In this document: positions 50,351-63,952 of the stretch, piece by piece | Layout of the letters: each line of letters opens with the position of its first letter | How positions within the stretch are numbered: position 1 is the stretch's first letter | Assembly (NCBI GenBank): GCA_028534125.1 | Contig: CM052818.1 | Span: forward strand, 17,300,001-17,364,000 | Source of the DNA: Lama glama | Taxonomy: Eukaryota | DNA: 64,000 nucleotides | Direction: 5' to 3' | The notes under the pieces: generated by a model | Seen by the model: the letters and a program-made list of their open reading frames with translations, nothing else | Told to the model about the DNA's origin: nothing | Databases searched by the model: none | Translations under genes and position numbers: made by a program

Positions 50351-53300
50351 AAATTGTTAGCTTCTAAACTGGGTTTGAGGCAAAGTCTCCAACGTTTTCG
50401 AATATTCAGAATGAGCAATTAAATCTATTGCCCTTTTATTTGCAGTTTTTCTGTGTTCTACTCAGATGACCAGGAGTAATGCCAATTAGGGCCTGTAGTT
50501 AAATGACTCTCCCCACTTAGTGACTAATTAAGTTGCCGTTCAGGCTGTAAGAGATGTTCACAATTAGAGGACTCACCCAATCAAAAAGCTAAGCTGCTGC
50601 TTGATCTTTGTCTCATCTGACATATCCTTAAGCTTTCAAAACACATAACATTGGTAAATCAGAAGCCAAATAAAAGTAAGGAAATAAATGCACAAATTAG
50701 AGTAGACAGTACCTCAGTATTTTTCATTCATATACTGCCTAAAATACGGCATCAGTGTTGTTATGTATTTTCCAGGAAGTTAAAGAACTGGTTATTAAAA
50801 AGACAAACAATAACACATATGACGAAAAAAAGTCACTCCAGCCCTTAATTCTCTCTTCAGTTTAGTACTCCATCTAAGCCAATGCTTTTGCATTTTGATT
50901 ATACTAAAAAAAAAAAAAAAGTCAGAATAAAAAGTTAGAAACCAAGCCTGCTTACATTTCAACTGAAATGTAGGAGGAGGGGCACAAAGAGGGCGTCGGT
51001 TTTTAATTTGAGCTAATATAATCAGTGACTTGATTTGTATTAAAAAATGTAAATATTTCTATGAAATCTGACTTGGCCTTTGGAAGAGAAAAATGCTTAC
51101 TGAGAAATCTGCATTAACAGAACAAATCCTACTTGCAAAGTAGAAACCAATGTTGTTGGCTTGAGTAGATCTCAAGTCAGCTGTGAAATTCATAATCTTT
51201 TATCCATAAAATAGCTTCTCCTCTGAATGACAGAATGATTTTTGAGCTAGGTGTTTGCCAAGTCTGAAGACAAAAGGCTTCGTACACACACCTGAGCAGC
51301 AGCTTCAGGAAGGCTTTTAAAGAGATGGTTGTTTGCTTAAGGGTCACAGGTGCAACTGTTCGGAACTCATCAGTGTGAATATTTTTTTAATTGGTCAGAT
51401 GTCATCTGTTTTATTAGCAAAAGTCTGATACCCTAGTGACTTAAAGAACAGCCCCAGACTACTTAGTGAATTCAGTCATGTTTGTACCAAGTAATTTTTT
51501 GGGGGTGTCCCATTTTCAGTCCTTTAAAATCTCAATAGATTACTCCAGTTACTCAGTGATTAATTTAATTATCTTGTAAGACAGAAGTCAGAGGCTTCTT
51601 GTTTGGTGTTAGGTTTGATGTTTGAAAAACCAGTCATTCTTGACTAGTCAACAGGCCCTAGGTCAGTGCCTTTTTCCTATCTCATTTTAAATTAAAAACC
51701 ATGAAGCAACAGGTGGGGGCCAATTCATCCAAGGAAAATTAAGATAAGGTCAATTTGACCATGAAAGAAGAGAAAGGTATTTCTACAAGTCCATTCTTGC
51801 ATGGAGGGACAGGAATTTGGATAGATAAGTTTCTCCCATCTCTACAGCTCCCAAGGGCAGGATCACCAGGGACTCCAATTTGAGGGAGACTCTTTGTCTT
51901 GTGCTTCCTGCAACAAAGCAGTTTGGATTTTGCAAATCATAGGCTTTGATAATAGTACTGAGAAAAACGAGCCACAGTAAATATGTGACCCAGGCTTATT
52001 GGAATGACATCTTATTATTTGATATGAATGTATCTGTTAACAAAGGAGACTTTTGGCATTGGAATTGGATATTAATTGTTAATATTTCAAGTTAATATTT
52101 AAAGCATTATGAATCAATTGGCCTGCAATTGTGACTTGAATCCTCAATTTAACAAATAACATTTTTTTCTTATTTCTGGTATGTGTTTATTATATTGTCT
52201 AATTTTAAATCTAGCTATTGAATTAGCTCTGAAATTACAAGAACAGATTAAAAATAAGATTACAAAATATGATTGCTATTTGATTTTTAGGGCCCTGGGT
52301 ATTTAATAGACATTTGTACATTGAGTTTTTAAAGGTTTGCCAATTATGGCTGTTTTAATTTTCCTTCTGGGTTAAACCGTACTGGAAGAATATTATTTAA
52401 ATAAAAGTTGGTATCTCTGTGACTTATTTCAGTTTGTTAAAAGGAATCAATCAAAGACAAAGAGTCTCTAACATCATGTTTAAAAGAGTCTTGTTTTGTC
52501 TGGTGGTAATATGGATGCAATCTAACTGAACCTAGTTAAACTCTAAATACAATTGTATCTACAACTACCTTTATACTAATGGAGGGTGAATATGTATTTA
52601 GCATGCATTGAACCCCCATAAATACTTCACGTTTCATAAAGCTAACTTAGACTCCGTTCTTCAGAACACAACCCATTGATAATAAAGGGAGGGAACTCTA
52701 TTGTAGAGAGGTACAGAAAACAGACTTTAATTAATAAGATCTGCTTCTATAGTTCTGAAAATTGCTTTCCTCTGGGGTTTAAGTAGAGAGGAGGGGCATT
52801 TTTGTTTATATCTTACTAACTGCAAAGAGTGAAGGAGTCCCTGAACACAGTGCCGAAAATGGCTTTAGTTGGCTCCTGGGGACTTTCGACTCAACACATA
52901 CAGGAATACCTACTACATAGATCTACAGTTTATTGCTAGTACTCCCTGAGTTTTCCTTGATCTTTGGAATATTTTCAGCTCCCACTTAATCAAAGCTAGT
53001 TCAGATCCCCAGAGAGTCTAGAAAATATTCAGCTCTTTCAGCCTTTGTAGTCTATTTAATAGATGACATTATCCTTGATCCCTATTGTATTCTATCGAAA
53101 ATTTACTTAATATGAAGAATTCTGGTGCATTTTGGGTTTGTCTCCCTAGGGTTTGGTTGACAATTTATTTCAGTGTATCAGGTCAGAAAAAGCATTCTGC
53201 CCAAAACAGATAACAGGAGAATACATTTTTCAGTTTCTATAATCATGATGAATGTAACCAACCTTCTCAATATACCATATCTTTTCTGCTGTGTCCTAAT

Positions 53301-55859
53301 AGATCTATGGTTGTAATTGTGTATGTCAGGACTTGTAGCTAATTGGGATAAGTTATGTATGTTTACATTACTATTACCATTTATAAAATGCTATTTTATC
53401 TGAAGCTGTATAGACAAACACTACCTGTATTATAATTCCTGATGAATTTGTTTGCAGCTCAAGACTCTGCTGAGGTTTGGTTGGGAGTATCAGATTTTGC
53501 AAATATAGAGAGAAGATCGAAAACTTAAATTAACACTTATGCTGGATATTCTTAACTGGTATATGTCATAGGATCATAAGTATTGCAATGCAAATTGAAT
53601 TATTTTTTACCTAAATGTATCAAAGGTGAGTAAATCTCTGGTTTTGTGAGTTTTAACAACAAAAGTCAGGATGTGTTCCAGTAAACTTTGGCATAGTCAC
53701 AAAAATGCCAATTTTTGTGGCGTAGTCTGCTTATCAAAAGCTTTCATTACTTATATGAAAATATACATGAAAAGTTTACAGGGAATAGTTACAAGAAAGA
53801 GTGTTTAGGGCTTGATATCAAAGTGCTGCTTTGCAAAGGGATAACCAGTTGTAAAAATATTTTGGTATGAGAGACACGTCATCGTTAAATGCAAGGAAAT
53901 GACTTAAGTTGGATATAAAGAACAGAAAACTGAAGAATAGAAATGCAGCCACCTTGAAATGTGATTAATAAATTTTTCATGAGTTTTAATTAATTTGTCA
54001 ATTCAATACCAGCCAAACTCTCTTGGTCCTGAGAAAACTAATAAGCATAGTTTTGCTAGAAATTCATCTTTCTAAGTAACAATCTTACTTCCAAAAATTG
54101 TACACTGTAATGTACATATGTAATTCACGATGGGTATGTGAAGATTTACGTGTGGAATGAACATAAAAACTCCTGATTCATGATGCAGATGGCTGTTCAC
54201 AAATTAGGCATGATCTGCGGTGATACATGTTTAGAGGCAAAAAATGTGCACTGATTATTACTCTTATTTTTACCCCAGTGAGAGACAAATAAGATCAATT
54301 TATAGCAATGCACTTCCAGACTTTTTGACCCATAGGCAGTGTTCTAAACAAGCTGAGTCCAGAAGCTTTACTTTTGGACTCTAGTTCAATACAATTTATT
54401 TTCTAACTATTAAAAGTGAGTATGTGTGCATATGTGTAGATGGAGAGAGAGATGATAGTGATCTGGTAGACTGTAGCTAGTAAACAAATGCAGATTTATT
54501 TCTCACATTGGCAACAAATGTTCTGAACTATTACATCCTCCCTCCTTTAAAATGAAATTAAAACACAATGTAGGTATACTTCTAAACATAGGAAGAATGA
54601 AAACTTCAATAAAATAGTGTGTTCTCTTTGAAAATTGCATAATGGAAAACATAGTCAGCCATGTTCTCATACAAGTGCTCATGTGCAGAAGTAAATTATG
54701 CCTTTAATTTGAGAGAATGCTTATTAAAACATACCACATTTATATAAGAGCTTAAAGCTGATATGAGCACAACTTCCAGGTTTACAAATCACAACTACAA
54801 TGCATTTTTCCAAATTGGAAAATGGAGAATAGAAGTCACCTTAATAGAATCAGGCTTAGTTAACTGCCAATCAAGACATTCTTGACTTTTGGCGTGGTGG
54901 ATTTTGTAATCTATAACTGTCAGTAGAGTTGCCTGACAAAGTGTCTTGAATCTACAATTATCATTTGTTCCTTTAATGTATTAATCGGTTAAAGTTTTTA
55001 TTATTTCAGAAATACAGAAAACCCTAAAACTTTTGGTTCACTACTGAAACTTTAAATTTATCAAAAGCAAAGTAGCTATTCATTACTGAAATATTGAAAA
55101 ACTGAATCTCTGCAAAAGAACCTTTATGGATTCATTTCTTGATCTTTGGGAGGCAGAAGAAAATAAATCCTTTTCAAAGAGCTGGCTCAGTTCTTTGTCA
55201 CATAAATGCCAGATATCATTTTGGGGTGCAAAGAGAAAATTAAAAGAAAAAAAATCTCACATTTGTTTGTATTCCCTTTTCTCCATTCCACTGAAAACAG
55301 TTTTCTGGAACTCACCATACTCAAAAGGCCTATTGTATTAAAGGAAAGACATGAGATCTTTGGAAAGATACTGTACTTGAAGGAGGCTGGCTTTTGAATT
55401 CCTTGAAGGGAAGGATGTCTTATTCATGTTTATAATCACTTTCACCAGTCACATTGTCCCTAGCGCTTGATAAGCATAATGCTAACGAAACACAGAACAA
55501 ACAGGTAATGTGCAAGCCTCACCTTGATTCTCTGTGCTATACATCGGTGCCCCTTTTCAGTTCTCTAGTGCTGTTAAATTGCTGGATGTAGCTCATATAC
55601 TTACAAATAGCTGATATGCCAGGGTCATTGCAGAGGTACCAGGGACTGGCTACATAAATGGCAGCAGGGTACAGAATGTCCCATGGAACCTTGCTGACCA
55701 TATAAAGTGATCGTTCCCCTTTGTAGAAGAGGGAGATTGTGTAACACATCCATCCACGTTGAGATTTCTAAATACAGTGAAAATTTTTAAACAAATGGAT
55801 TGCACCTTAATTTATCAAACAAATATTTCTGTAACATTTGATAAATGTATAGTACTAGC

Positions 55860-56205
55860 TAAATGGAGTGACGAAGCATATGGAATCCAAACTGCCTGGA
55901 ATCAGACCCTGGACCTGCCAGTTACTTCAGCCTCTCTGTGCTTGAATTCTACATCTGTAAATACAGCTACAGTTTTTAGGTTATTGCATTACTTAATGAG
56001 TTAATATATTAAAATAACTTAGAGGGAAGGGTATATAGCTCAGTGGTAGAGTGCACGCGTAGCATGCACGAGGTCCTGGGTTCCATCCCCAGTGACTCCA
56101 TTAAAAAATAAATAAACCTGATTACCTCCCCCAAATAAATAAATAAATACAATAAAGTCACCTACAATGCTGCCTGGCACAGGATAAGTGCTACAGCATG
56201 CTTGC
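55860..56205 (+). mobile_element. MIR interrupted by a camelid SINE
   Basis: cagcctctctgtgcttgaattctacatctgtaaa...aatgagttaata | SINE | ...tgcctggcacaggataagtgct. Confidence 0.7.
56024..56152 (+). mobile_element. tRNA-Ala-derived camelid SINE (Vic-1 type)
   Basis: gggaagggtatatagctcagtggtagagtgcacgcgtagcatgcacgaggtcctgggttccatcccc...aaacctgattacctccccc(AAAT)n. Confidence 0.9.
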
Positions 56206-56211
56206 TCTTCT

Positions 56212-56651
56212 TGTCTAGGTTCTGCTGCAAGTGAAAGAGGCCTAGAATAAAAATGACAAACAAAACCAGAGCTTATTTACCTCTCACGTAAGAGTCTGAG
56301 TAATAAAGTCTGATTGAAGTGGCTCTTCTCTGCAGCATTTTCAGAATTTGTTTTTTGGTTCCAGGAACCCTAGGGTTTGTCCTCATCTGCTTGGTCCAAG
56401 GCAGATACTCTGATAGGAAGGGAAGAAGGCCAGATTCTCCTTTATGGGCATGATTTGGAAGGTGCCCTCATCACTTCTGCTCACTTACTGTTGGCTAGAG
56501 CTTAGCCACATGGCCACACTTAGCTTCGGGGCAGACTGGAAACTCCTTCCTTATACTGCATGGCCCTGTGCCCGGCTCCAAGGTCTATTACCTGCTCAAG
56601 GGAAGCAGAGGAGAAGGGTTACTAGGAGGACAGTTCCCAGTTTCTGCCACA
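56212..56651 (-). mobile_element. MLT1 (ERVL-MaLR) solo LTR
   Basis: cacttctgctcac...ttggctagagcttagccacatggccacacttagct...tctgccaca. Confidence 0.75.
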
Positions 56652-57871
56652 GACAAACTCCCATAGAGTCAGCACAGAGATGACTTTCCTATCCAGAGCT
56701 GGTAGATTGTAGTATTGATTTTTCACGGTACACTCAAATACGTCGGAGAAAAGTACTTCTGAGTTTTTCAGACATATGAACACAAGTACAACTCAACTCA
56801 TTGTTTATAACTAAGCTATTTCTGGCATCAGTAGGATCAAAATGGGCTTAACCGATTTATTTATCCCAGCTTTCAATCTTAACATGACATTTTTGAAACT
56901 TCAAAACCAACAGTTTCTTTGTGCATATTATTCACTCTCCTGGTTTCTCTTTAGCTTAAACTATACATTAAAGCTCTTCGTTCTTTCTAAGAATCACTGC
57001 TCTGATTTTCGTTTTATCTATTGCTCTGTCCCAATTCCTTTTCTAAATTATTTTTGTTTCCTGCCTTCTTCCCTGCTATCTTCTTTCATATTCTTGATTA
57101 GGTAATATATAAACTTCCCAAATGGCCGTTTGGAAGGCTCTGTTCTAACGATCATTATGGTGATAAGAGTTTGATCTTGGGCCTTTAATCACCTTCCTAT
57201 TTCTTTGAAATCCATTACTTGACTCTCTTCCCTTAGCACTGATTGCAGAAGCCTTAGATTTGTTCATAAAGGCTTAATGGATTATAGATTGTTTATTAGC
57301 CTAAGGAAATAGGTTTTACTTAAAACATAGCCATTTCAAAAGGACTGGAGAAAGGAGATCAGTAAGTTGGCTGGAATATTTTTTATTGCTTTATATGGAT
57401 GTACTGGTTAAGCATATTTCTTCCTTCAACTTTTTAAAAATAGGGAACAAGTTCAAAATATACGAAACTCATCCTTCAAAGTGAGAGCTTGTTATCCTTA
57501 CTATGTACTTAGTATGATTTATTTATTAAAACTGTAGTAGAATAATGATGGGCTACTAAGTGGAAACTAAATGGTGGAAAAAAACACATGCAGACTTACT
57601 AAATAAACCCTTGTTATCCAAAAGGATGAACTGGTCCAGTTCCTCAGGGAAAACAAACATTTTTTTTTCAAATAATAAATTTAGAAGTCAGATTTTTTTT
57701 TTTAAACATTGGGCAATGACCAGCATCCAAAACCATCATTAGCATGACTTTATTCAGTGAATGAGAACAGTAAACATCTGCTGGGGACGACTGGATGCAG
57801 ATATGAAATAAATGTACTCTTAATACATCATCATTAGAGCCAATATATAGCAGATGACAGATTTCTAGCTG

Positions 57872-58083
57872 ATGTAGAAATTCAACCCTCCTGCCATATA
57901 TAGCCTTTTTACTTTGGAAACATATTGGACAGAAAGAGAGGATGCAATTCTATAAAGCCAGAAGTGTGAAATCTTTCATATATGAAAAAAAAATCCATAA
58001 ATAAGCTATTTCCTGAAAGTGTCTACGTGATTATGTAGCCCAGTTCCCCAAAGTGCTAGCTTGGGGTCAGATCGATTTTGAAC
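57872..58083 (+). repeat. Dispersed direct duplication, copy 1 (~210 bp)
   Basis: About 85% identical by manual alignment to 59326-59535. Confidence 0.92.
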
Positions 58084-59119
58084 ACAATAAAAGGATGGCG
58101 TTTCCCCCTGCATTATGCCAATATCTTTTGAAAATTTTATATCTAAAGAAGACAGGATCATTACATTTGAAAAGTGGACAGGCTACCCATAGAGAGTGTG
58201 TATTATCTGAAATAAACGTTCATTTCAAAAGGAAAGTTTGAATGTCATGGGGTTAGCAGCAGAGGCACTTCTTAATCATAAAAATCAGTTTTAAGAATCT
58301 TGCAGGTGGCAAGGAATATATCCATGGACAACTAAGCTACATTCATTTTCCAAACATTACGTATAAAATAAGGCATTGTAAATTGATTATGTAACAAATT
58401 ATTAAAGTGGTATACTTAGCAGAAATTTCAAAAGCCAGGTCTGAGGAATCATTCGATAGACAGATACTTGTTTATTGACAGTAGATCTTTGTCTTGGGGG
58501 TGAAAAGAAGGGGCAGATGAAATATCTTTTTCAGATTCGGTGGACATTTTACATTGGTGAATTAGCTTGGTCTCTAAAGAACTTCATAAACTGAGAAAGA
58601 TAATGCAAAAGTTTCCACATTATTTTTAGGCTTTCTTATAGGAGATTTTCCTGGGATTCCCCAACAAATGTGCAAGAAAAACGTAGAGCATCAAACTGAG
58701 GCATAGTAGAATGGTGTTAGCCTGTAGGGTAATGTAGCTTAGAATGACAATCAAGAAGAGAGTATAATAAATGTCTAAATATTTAACTATTTATAGTCCT
58801 ATTCCATTTGTGTTAATTTTTAATTCTTTCCTCCTTGAAAAATCTGTGCCTTTGAAAAAAATCAATTTTCAGTGGTAAAGACATTGGGCTCCTAAAAAAA
58901 AGATCAAAGAAGAGACTTGTTACAATCTTCATTTTAGTTCATTGTCACTTTAGCACTTATGGCAACCTCATCATTGAATTAGTTGTCATTTCAAAAAACA
59001 CCTCTTTCTATTAATTCTAATACTAGTGTAAAATTAAGTTTCTTAGAAAAGGCTGAAGAATTGAGATGTGCTAATCAAGAAAAGTGGAGTAAGGAGGAAA
59101 CTCTCTCTGAGCCACACTG

Positions 59120-59325
59120 GACTATTTGATGCCCTGAGCATGCCACATACCTAATTTTGGTTTCCTCTAACCCTTTGCCCAGGTAGCTCACTTTGCCATT
59201 AGGTGTAATCAAATTCCTACTCATCCTTTAAGACCTGTTTGAAATAGTTCTCCTTTGGGGAGGTCTTCCTCAACACTGCAAGGTAAAACTAACCCCCTTC
59301 TGTGCCTATGTCAATTGCTTATGTC
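59120..59325. mobile_element. L2 3' fragment
   Basis: aaattcctactcatcctttaagacc...ctcctttggggaggtcttccc resembles the L2 3' region. Confidence 0.6.
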
Positions 59326-59535
59326 ATGCAGAAATTCAACCCTCCTGCCACATACAGCTTTCTTACTTTAGAAACGTATGGAAAAAGACAAGAGGATACA
59401 ATTGCATAAAGCCAGAGGTGTGAAATATTTCATATATGAAAAAAATCCATAAACAAGCAATTTCCTGAAAGTGTCTACGTATTTAGGTAGCCCAGATCCC
59501 CAAAGTACTAGCTTAGGGTCATATCAATTCTAATC
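59326..59535 (+). repeat. Dispersed direct duplication, copy 2 (~210 bp)
   Basis: agaaattcaaccctcctgcca...tttcctgaaagtgtctacgt...ctagcttagggtca, shared with 57872-58083. Confidence 0.92.
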
Positions 59536-61589
59536 ATTTCGCTTTAGAGTTTAAATTGTTCTATAATAGTGTGCCCAGCTATCCCAGGAATTTGTCATAG
59601 ATGAATTAAATTTCCACCAAGTGTTCCTCTTGATTCTTGACACTTGAGGCTCCTATGGTGGGATGTCATGGTAGAGTGGGAAGAGAATGCAAACTTTGAG
59701 ACCTACGTCTCAACTTGTATCCTTCATATATTTACTATGTCCAAATTACCTACAGTTTTTGTGAGCTTCAGTTCTTAATGCCTGTAAAATAGAGATGATG
59801 AAATGTATTTTATAAAGTAGTTCTGTGAATTAAAAGAGAAAATTGTAGGTAATCAATGAACATTAGTTCTTACTTGTATGGATGGCCAAACTGACAACTC
59901 AGATCTTTCCCATGGTGCTTCATCATCAGAGACCTTAAGCATAGCCCTTGTGGCAATTATACGAAGTCAGTAACTTTTAAAGCATTTTCTTTTCTCACTT
60001 ACTCTCCCAGGCTCCTCTTGTGTAGATGGTTAGATGGATGAGTGACAGAGGCTTGGAATACTTAATGAGTATGGTGGTTCTATAATTAAATGTAATCAAT
60101 CTATAATTTATATAAAATGATTACAGATCAAGTAGGCATGAGACATAAGTATTCCATTCATCTTTATATAGTCACAGTGAGTATTACCTTTATGGTCTGC
60201 TTAGAAGTGCTGTGCCCACGGAGGAAATTCACCTAGTCCCAGTGTCTAGAGTAATGGCTTCGGTAAAGCAATCATTCTGTGTTTTGCATGTGCTGGTAAC
60301 TAAGACAGATTTGAAGGTGGCTGCTCTATTCAAGTGACTTTAGGATGAATTCCACATAAGTTATTGTGATAAACTAGTGAAGCTTTTTGTAAGTAAGTGG
60401 TGGTTTGTCCTCTCTCCCAGTTGTCGTTCAGTGCAATAAAAATTTAGGATTTGCTCAGTTATTTGTGAAATGGTCTGCATTGCGGTTTTGTGAGGAATTC
60501 CCTTATGCCTACCAACTTGCTCATTCTTTGCAGAGTGACTCTTCATCCTCATTGAAATCTGAAGTTATTTTTGTCAGATTGCTTTTCAAAATAAGTCAGT
60601 CTGCAAATCTCTCAAAAGACTGTTTGGAATTTAGAAAATTAAGCAATGACAAAATAAAACAAAATTTAGAACCTACATTTGTGAAAGGTCAGACAAGATT
60701 GATTTCAATAATATTGGAGTGCAAGTGCAAGTTTATTTTATTGCTCATATTCTTCATATTTAATGCAATTGCTTAGCAAACATTTTTTCCCCAAATGGTA
60801 ATATTAAACAACTGTTTACTATTCCTCATTATTTTGTAATTTTTCCATTAAATATTAGGTACAGGAAATCTAGAAAATATAAGCAATATTGACTAATATG
60901 CTCTATTCTAAAAACATTTACCTTGAATCAGTTTTATAGGAGTATGGATCAATTTTTATTGGCTTATCCAAGCTTTCTTGCTCCTTATAGCCAAAGCATG
61001 AATTTAGGAAATGGTCATCTGAGTTAATGGCGTGATTTGTAGTATTGATCCAAAATTTAGCAGAAATTATGAGATTCAAACTTAACATTAATTGACACCA
61101 TATGCTACTATGCACAGTGGAAGGCAGGGCAAAGGTCAGGGCCTGGGCCCCAGGAACAGGAACACAGAATGTGGAATGTGAGAAATATGCTTGATTCACC
61201 TTTTCTAAGCATAGCCACAGGCAAATTAATTTTAATAATTAACATATGTTGTCCAATATAAATTGTTAGAAGTCCAAAACCAAGCCTGGACCAAGCAATA
61301 TTTTCTAAGAAACCATTCTTCCTTCCTCTTTCTTTGGATTTTCATTGTCCTTTCTTCCATCAGTTGCTAACGATAAGGTTTTACCTGCAAAGATTTGAGG
61401 TTTAAACCTTCCCAGGAGAATTTGCATGTTGATAAAAGGACTCTTTGGAAATGAAACAGATTCAGGATCCCAGAGTCTTCTTTTCTGATCAGTGCTGCTG
61501 TGCCTGTGGTCAAGAGTTCCTAATGCATGTCACTCATCAAAGCACAAAGGTCAGCCTCCCCCAACAAGGCAGGGAATGCCTTACCCTTT

Positions 61590-61800
61590 TGGCTTAGCTC
61601 AAGCACCATGCCTTCAGGAAGTTCCCCATGAACTATGCGTCCTTTCCACCCCAGGCTGGATCACATGTCCTTCCTGGATGTGTGTGTCTTTCCTCTTCTC
61701 CATAAGCTTCAGGACAAGGACAGTATCTTATCCAACTTGTCTTCAGTTCTTGGCATATAGTGAATACTTACTTAATGAGCATATGAATGAATGAATGACT
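61590..61800. mobile_element. L2 3' end
   Basis: ccttcaggaagttcccc...taagcttcaggacaaggacagtatctt...tggcatatag...(GAAT)n tail. Confidence 0.65.
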
Positions 61801-63783
61801 ATTTGGTGTCTCTTGGTTTCTTTTTATGTTTTATAACAGAATATGAAGCATAGTAAGAGAAGTCAATAAAATACCTCTGTTGTTACTCTTTTTCAGATAT
61901 TGTGAATAAATACACTTGTTATTGTTTAACTGAGCTTAGTGGAAACACTCAGCATTTCCTAGAAAATAAGGGTTAGAGATAATTCACATTTGCTGTACAG
62001 ACAACTAGCTGCTAACTTAGACTGTCTTGTCACTCTGGAAGGTATTGTAAATTAATTCTTTTGTTCTTATTTCACTCCATAAAATGATACATTCAATGGA
62101 AGTGGCTATAAATTCATGAAACTCATTCTGGAAAGTCTTCTCAGAGGATCCAAATGAATGTTATTCTTTTAGGGTGTTACCTAGGATAATACACACTTAC
62201 CACAAAGACACTGATGCTACTCAAAGCAGTTTTAGCATTTTCTGCTCTTGACATCAGAGCCAAGTTATTAAATGTATAGGAAATCAGGTGCAAGTCTATG
62301 AACATGGATTTTTTTTCAGCTTACAAAGAAGGGACCTGCTTGGTTACTGTGAGAAGTGGGGATGTCAGAAAATACAGGAAGCCTTCCTTGTAGCCACATA
62401 GCCAGGCATTGTAAAGAACTAGAACATGGTCGTGCTACTTGAGGCATCACAGCAAATCCAGTGAACCGATCATTTTACCATCTCTCTCTAACCCCAGAGA
62501 GGGCATTTTTCCCATGACCCGTCTTCCTGTCCCTCTGATTCTTGAGCGTAAACATCTCTTCCTAATGATGCTACTTATGCCTACTGACTTCTCATTTCCT
62601 GTATGTCCTTCCTCCATTTCTTCTTTACTTATACCATTGCCTCCTGACCCGCCAAGAGAAGTTCTACTGAGATTCAGTAGAGAGTTCAACCAGGTGGCGT
62701 TCCTCTATGAAGAACTCCCTGCCGCCTCGTAGAGCCCTGTCTCCCTTGTTCCTTCCCTCTGGAGGGCTGGCTGCCTTGGCCTGTGGTGTGGTGTACGTGT
62801 GTGTGCCTCTCATGGGTAGGACTCGCATATTATGTACAAGAAATCCCTACGGCTACTTCCCTCAGGAAAGTCTGTGAATATAGAAGGCACTCCAGGTTGA
62901 AGATTTCGGTATAATTTTTTTTTTTTACAGCTGTGCTGACATATTGATCAGAACTGGTCAGAGTGATGGAGAAGAGATGACCCCAGATGTCCAGAGTGAG
63001 CAGCCAGATGTCAAGCAGGAGCTGAGATGAAGTTAGATGTGGGACAGCGAGGCAGACTTGAGGATGGAAGGAGATGGGTAGAGAAGGGAGAAAATCTTTC
63101 AGGGGCCCAGAAAACCAGAAATACTTGAGACCTAATAAGTCCAGAAACAGAAAGACTTAGGATACGCACACACAGGGGCACAGGTCATGGATGTCAGTGT
63201 GTGTCTGCAGCTGGTTTTCATTTCTTTAAGTTTCATTAGGCTCACTTTATATTGAACCAGCTCGGTCCCTTCCACAAATTTTTATCAAGGCCCCTTCTAG
63301 TCCAGGTAATGTGTTTCTCTCTTTTATTCACTGACTGTAGTTCTGAGTGACTTAAGATTAAAAATATGAATCGAATCCAAGTGTAATGGCTCAAAATTTG
63401 GCATCATCGGGACTGTTTAAAAGGTGATCAAAAGAGAAGTTCTGATGGCAAGATCGAAAGTGCACTCCGAATACGTTTTGAACACTGGCAGCTTCTTTGC
63501 GACAAATTTCAAAGCATCTCCTTTGAAGGGAACAACACTCAGTTTGATCTATAAGTTCTGGTATGTTTAGTGAGGGAAAAAAATCCTGCTGTATTACTTT
63601 TAAGTTTCACATTGCCTAAATCTGTCCTAAACATTTTAAAGGTACCATTTTGAGACCTTGATCCTTTGTTAGCCTACCCAGAACTCCTGGGTGCATTTCC
63701 CCAGTGGGTGCAGCAGGCCTTCCTGTGAGGCAGTGATCAGTTCTGACCTCCGGTAAAGAGGCTGATACGGACCCCTCCTTTAA

Positions 63784-63876
63784 TTGTTTATTTTTTTAAA
63801 TGGAGGTACGGGATACTGAACCCAGGACTTCCTCCATGCTAGATACGCTCTCTACCACCGAGCTATCCCCTCCCCC
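63784..63876 (-). mobile_element. tRNA-Ala-derived camelid SINE (Vic-1 type), shorter and more diverged
   Basis: Reverse complement reads ggggaggggatagctcggtggtagagagcg...gtcctgggttcag...acctccattta(A)n; degenerate TSD gacccctccttta / gaaccgttcttta. Confidence 0.85.
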
Positions 63877-63952
63877 AGAACCGTTCTTTAAATTGATAAT
63901 AATATGTTTCAGAACCAGTTAAAGGATGAAAATGACTGATACTGCTATACAT

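Noticed and set aside
49828..50418. 196-aa ORF
   Set aside because: Artefact of translating through Ns.
62685..62701. CTCF-like motif caaccaggtggcgt
   Set aside because: Mismatch at a highly conserved C; cannot be supported without ChIP or conservation data.
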